This document shows, piece after piece, positions 59,995 through 64,000 of a DNA stretch of 64,000 nt; the stretch's first letter is position 1; each line of letters begins with the position of its first letter. Made by a program: the position numbers and the translations under genes. Source of the DNA: Lewinellaceae bacterium (GTDB lineage: Bacteria > Bacteroidota > Bacteroidia > Chitinophagales > Saprospiraceae); contig JACJXZ010000011.1 in assembly GCA_020636375.1 (NCBI GenBank), positions 258,115 through 322,114 of the forward strand. Reading direction: 5' to 3'. Below the pieces are notes generated by a model, which was not told the DNA's origin, did no database searches, and saw only the letters and a program-made list of their open reading frames with translations.

Positions 59995-61635
59995 TCCCTA
60001 GACTTTGGACGTGCGGCGTTGGGGGAAATTTTTTTTCCATCCTTTCGCCGCCCGCCCTGTTAAAAAAAGAGCCGTTCAGGCTCGCTTTTTCTTTGCCTTT
60101 TTACCCTTCCACACGACTTTATGGCGTTCTCTCTTGTCCTGAATGTCTCCTTCTTTGCGCCCTCGGCTTTTTATTTGCAGTTTTGGGAGGAAGGGCTCCT
60201 GCTCAAAACTCAAAATAATAGATTCCATTTGCCGCTGCACCTCGGAGGGAGATACTGGCAAGCCATATTCAACGCGCTTTTTGTAACGCTTGTCGTACTT
60301 CTGCCATTTGTGCACTTTCGCCTGCGCTTCGTCTTTGGCTACCCAAAGTAGCCAGTAGGCCAGGCTTACTATCTCCATCCAATTATCCAAGTGCTCCACG
60401 TCCGGCGTCTGGAAGCTATCCATCAGCAAGTTTTGTTTGCCAAACCGGAGGAAGTGCTCTATATCAAAGCGCTGGCGATAGGCCCAGTATATTTCTTCGA
60501 GGGTTAATTCTCCTACCTGCTGCCCCATACGCCCAGCCACATGCGCCTCTTGAATATAGGCTCCTTTGTCTGGGCATCCATCAAACGCACGCTTACCAGC
60601 CGAAAGGGCTTATCTTTCATATTCATACCTCGTTTGGTACGGATCATCATATTGTCCCAGGCTTGCACTTGTACCAGCACCCGCCGCCCATTAGACAAAG
60701 CCACTCCAAAGGTGCCCTCCTCATCCGGCGGCAATTCCACTGCTCAGCCTCTGAGAGCTTGTACTTTTCTCCATACACTGCATTAGCTCCCCGCTGATCG
60801 GAGTTGTTAGCCCTTCTTTGCTCCTGCTCCCCGATACTGAGGGCTTTCCATACCGCCCGGTTGTTGGTTAAGCGGATGGTGTTCACTAAATGGGGCTGCT
60901 CATACAGCGGGGCGATATATTCGGGCGAACCGTAGTAACGATCTGATGCATTGACGGTCAAGTGTGTGCCAAAAGGCAATTCCTTATTGTCCACTAAATC
61001 CTTGACTTGCCGAGCAGCGAATGTATGCCCTTGGCTGGCTATGCCCTGCCGGCGGATACTCAGCGGAAGGTTCCATGGCGCCTCAGCTACCCCATATAAG
61101 GACCGCCGCGCTGCCAAGCCAACCACTGATATGCTATAGCCAATATCCACTGGTACCGGTTTCCCTTTACCCGGTTATTAGCCACATACACGTGGGAACG
61201 ATCAGGAAGCGTTGGCGAATGATACCGTATCAATGAACTGCCGTCTGTGTTGAGCAAGTAAAACTTTTCAAACGGTTTAGCCATATAACCGCTTTTCAAC
61301 GATAAGAGCTTTTGCTCCAACTCTAAATGGGCACGCTGCTTTTCCTCTTCTGGATAATGGGCGCCTTCATGCAGGCAGTTTATTGCATCCGCTATGCTAC
61401 TGTATTGATAATGATAGCAGCGGCTTAGGCTAACTGCCGTAACTGACCGGGCAGATTGCTGGCTAGCTAGGCCCATCACTAAGTTGGCCAAAGCTTTGCT
61501 TTTTCCAACCTCCAGTTGTAATATTGAGTGGCAGAACGACTCGGTGGCTTTGTTTTTTCGCACAATCCAAAGTTCCGATGTTGTTCTGTCTTTTCAAAAT
61601 CTACCCCTAGCACGTCCAAAGTCTAGTTATATCCC
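59995..61635 (-). mobile_element. IS4-family insertion sequence with 17 bp perfect IRs and an 8 bp target-site duplication (TTATATCC). The transposase is fragmented by frameshifts across ORFs 60076-60540, 60647-61150 and 61087-61563.
   Basis: IR 'CTAGACTTTGGACGTGC' at 59995-60011 is inverted at 61619-61635. The flanks read 'ttatatcc|IS|ttatatcc'. The tnp C-terminus 'RQRFDIEHFLRFGKQNL' is a DDE_Tnp_1 motif. Confidence 0.65.
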
Positions 61636-62408
61636 TTCCCTTTCTTTTGATGGATATTAGCGGTGCGCCGGTAAACCCGCTTAATAATTTTATGCCAATG
61701 CTTGTGCTTGCGCCAGCCGGGCAGGGTAGTGTGCTTTAATATTAATCCTATCGTGTCCAGGCATTTGCGGTTGCAATCCCATAATAAATTAATATCAGTT
61801 GGAAAATGTATAGTGCTTTCCACCGCGTAAGTGTCGGCCTTCAAATTTAATTCAATATTTTCTTCGCTTTCGTTTTTTTTTAATTGGTGGCCCGCTTTAA
61901 CCACCACTTCGCTGATCTCCTTTAAAGTTTTCTCGTCAAGCAATGCGATATTATCTTTCAGCGTTTGCAGCTCGTAATATTTGCCTTCGCCAAATACTTG
62001 CCGGGTATGTACCCCCAGGATGCCGCGCACCACTTGGTGGTGGTTGGCCAGGTCGTAAACGGTGTCATAGTCCGCATCCAGGTTTAGCCGCATTGTGCCC
62101 AGCACCAATATCTCCCACAAGCTCATGCCTAAACGGCCCGTTGCTTTTTTACCCCCCAAAACCTTCTTTTCAAGAATCTCGAAAACCACCTCATTTAGAT
62201 AGGGAGTGACAAAAATGTATTGCAAGCCTGCCAGCAGTTGGGGAAGCTCATGTCGGCTCTTGCCGTCTATTTTTACATCCGGGATCAGTTGGGCGTCCAG
62301 TTCATTTTGCTGTTCGAAGCGCTTTCTCATCAGGGGAAAATTTGAATGTTTGGCGAATAACAAATTAGTTAAATCTTTCATGTGATTGAAAAACAATGCT
62401 TTACGCAT
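61636..62408 (-). pseudogene. N-terminal half of the same IS1182/IS5-like transposase gene.
   Basis: ORF 61623-62408 is 261 aa. Its stop codon is created by the inserted IS terminus (…GYN* via 'ctag'). Confidence 0.45.
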
Positions 62409-62437
62409 TCAACTCTCCCGAATATACGAATAATTCA

Positions 62438-62635
62438 TCAACTTTTATAGCACTGGATGTCGATTTTTTTGAATTTATTTCGCTGAAAATCAGTTAGTTG
62501 TGCATGGGGCTTTCGTTTTCTGCCAGACACGATGTAGGTTTTGACCGTCGGCTCGCTGTAGCCCCTGCGCTCCATGTAGCGCAACATTTTAGCTCTTAAT
62601 GGTTTCATGGTAAAGCGTTTTGGTGAAATAATCAT
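62438..62635 (-). pseudogene. Tyrosine recombinase N-terminal SAM-like domain fragment.
   Basis: 'RAKMLRYMERRGYSEPTVKTYI' matches the integrase N-terminal core-binding motif. Confidence 0.35.
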
Positions 62636-62718
62636 CTCTCGCTTTACCAGTTAAGGCTTTTGGAGGACAAAAGCTACCGCCGGAACGGCGGTTTAGTTCA
62701 ACGGTGAAGCTACCTGCC

Positions 62719-63420
62719 GTGCGACACTTAGGAGTATGGCCAGGTAGCTAATGTGTGTGCCCGGCATGGGCATCCGGTCCCTGTAAAGATAGGGAATAAA
62801 ACTAGAGGGTGAAAATCCCTTACAGGCAAGTTGCCGAAGCCTGTTAGCAAGCCGCAAGGGCGCTCGGAGTGATCCGGGGTCTGAAGGAAGCGGGACTGCA
62901 AAAGCTGGTACCGACGAACAGGAATCGCATAAGAGGCTGGATTAGGAGCGTAAGGCAGCATCCCGTCAGGCGTGACGGGATCAAAGCGCGTAGGCAGCCA
63001 TCCTAATTGAGTAGATGCGGCGGCGATCAGCGGAAAGCGGATGTCCTTACCCGGGGAGATCTCCACGAGGATTCATTCCTGGAATGGAGAAGTCAGCCGA
63101 AGCCATAGTAGCGGAGCCAAACCGTGTTCTAATGACTAGCCATCCCGACACTTTGTGTACGGGACAAGTTGTTGCTGGCAGCGGAGCGTGAGAGGGTAGC
63201 CGTGAAGGGCTGAACGTCGAACAGCGGACGATCCGCGAAACATGGAACTTGTCTATCATGGGTGACCGATTCCCTACGGCAAACCATCCGTTTCGATGGA
63301 AAAGATGCAAGGTGCAACTGGTGAAAAGAGCGGTTGTACTGTTTGACGAACCGCCGTATACGTGACCCGTACGTACGGTGGTGTGAGGGCTCTGGAACAG
63401 TGACGGACACCTTTGCCCAT
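62719..63420 (+). ncRNA. Candidate ORF-less group II intron (class C-like) or related structured RNA, about 700 nt.
   Basis: It begins GUGCG at 62719. Near the 3' end (63351-63384) there is a domain-V-like hairpin 'CCGCCGUAUACG-UGACC-CGU[AC]GUACGGUGG', with the lower stem CCGUAU/GUACGG and the 2 nt AC bulge identical to the canonical DV. A triad-position 'CGC' and a GAAAGCGG-type motif lie upstream. No IEP ORF is present. The region also contains a copy of the 30 bp palindrome (63141-63170). Confidence 0.3.
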
Positions 63421-63493
63421 TGGGTAGGTTTAAATGTCAGTCGCTGTTCCTTGCCACTCGATTGGCGGCATCCTCATATCTTGATATTCCTTT

Positions 63494-63712
63494 CTATGCA
63501 GCTAAATCGGTAGGCCTGATATTTAAATCTTCCAATATTGAGCTTAACTCTTTCAGAAATTTCCCTCTTCTATATTGGTATTGGATCAACATGATATCTT
63601 CTTCATCTCCTTTTTGCTTATGGAGATCTATCATCTCGTCGACTGACTTTATTTGCTCCAGTAAATCAGCTACTTTGCTTATTCTTTCATCCATTATTTC
63701 TAAATCCTTCAT
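63494..63712 (-). CDS. Hypothetical small helical protein (AT-rich).
   Basis: 72 aa ORF in a ~35 percent GC region. Confidence 0.25.
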   Translation of the reverse strand: MKDLEIMDERISKVADLLEQIKSVDEMIDLHKQKGDEEDIMLIQYQYRRGKFLKELSSILEDLNIRPTDLAA

Positions 63713-63723
63713 CTCTGCTAATT

Positions 63724-63969
63724 TTATCCTCCGAAATTTATCTCAATATACCCTTTGGGGTATCTTTTCCTTTGTTTATTCATCTTGCTCTTGGTGAACC
63801 AATCATTCCAATGAAGCAAGTCTGATCTTGTCCAGTTATGCAATTTATGGTTTTCTGGATAAAGAATCATCAGGTAAGCATCAATTCCGTAGTTTTTTGG
63901 TACTGCTCCTCTGATAAATTCACCCCTAATCAAGGATTCTTTCTCTTCAACTATCTCATAATCAACCAA
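63724..63969 (-). CDS. Hypothetical protein (AT-rich). It may extend beyond the window.
   Basis: 81+ aa ORF, co-directional and adjacent to the previous ORF. Confidence 0.25.
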   Translation of the reverse strand: MVDYEIVEEKESLIRGEFIRGAVPKNYGIDAYLMILYPENHKLHNWTRSDLLHWNDWFTKSKMNKQRKRYPKGYIEINFGG

Positions 63970-64000
63970 ATTGACCAGGTCAATGTCTTTAGGGTTCCTC

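Overview
This 64 kb window reads as a high-GC (about 60 percent) Bacteroidota chromosome segment, most likely Saprospiraceae or Cytophagia-like. Evidence for that placement: several secreted proteins end in T9SS/Por C-terminal sorting domains, there is a periplasmic beta-propeller hybrid two-component sensor with an AraC output domain, and the ECF sigma / anti-sigma pair is Bacteroidetes-style. Coordinates 1-47 kb carry mixed housekeeping and accessory genes: an LTD-repeat T9SS cargo protein (5' partial), fadD-like CoA ligase, DinB, esterase, a ricin-lectin protein, the hybrid sensor, a PIN/antitoxin pair, map, a YWTD propeller protein, GNAT, NUDIX, CPBP protease, M1 peptidase, YdeI, a beta-lactamase-family hydrolase, a discoidin-domain protein, an AraC regulator, two SnoaL-like ester cyclases, a flotillin-NfeD pair, GH13 amylase, SDRs, Uma2 endonuclease, S41 peptidase, TerB, an M43 T9SS metalloprotease, DJ-1/PfpI with HxlR, and the ECF sigma factor. 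From about 48 kb to the window end the character changes to an IS-rich, partly AT-rich mobile region. An IS element is inserted exactly between the ECF sigma gene and its anti-sigma gene. There are two degenerate IS91-family (Y2/HUH) copies sharing a 240 bp hairpin-bearing end. There is an IS66 fragment split by an IS4-like element with 21 bp IRs, and an IS1182-like transposase gene split by a second IS4-like element with an 8 bp TSD. Tyrosine-recombinase fragments are also present. A 30 bp imperfect palindrome is inserted in-frame twice into an IS91 transposase ORF. A roughly 700 bp structured region has a canonical group-II-intron domain-V-like hairpin, which makes it a candidate ORF-less class C group II intron. 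Embedded in this island, and directly flanked by the IS91 ends, is a strongly AT-rich single gene encoding a protein with an N-terminal DnaJ-type CxxCxGxG zinc finger and a C-terminal TIR domain. That gene is the best candidate for a novel horizontally acquired anti-phage or NADase defence effector. Other non-genic structure: a 100 bp MITE-like element in two copies, two inverted arrays of the same 10 bp minisatellite 16 kb apart, a structured repeat block inside the NfeD-flotillin operon, and REP-like palindromes. No rRNA, tRNA or CRISPR array was recognised. Note that the ORF-track 'M' starts include GTG/TTG starts. Where I give a corrected start I checked an in-frame ATG in the sequence.
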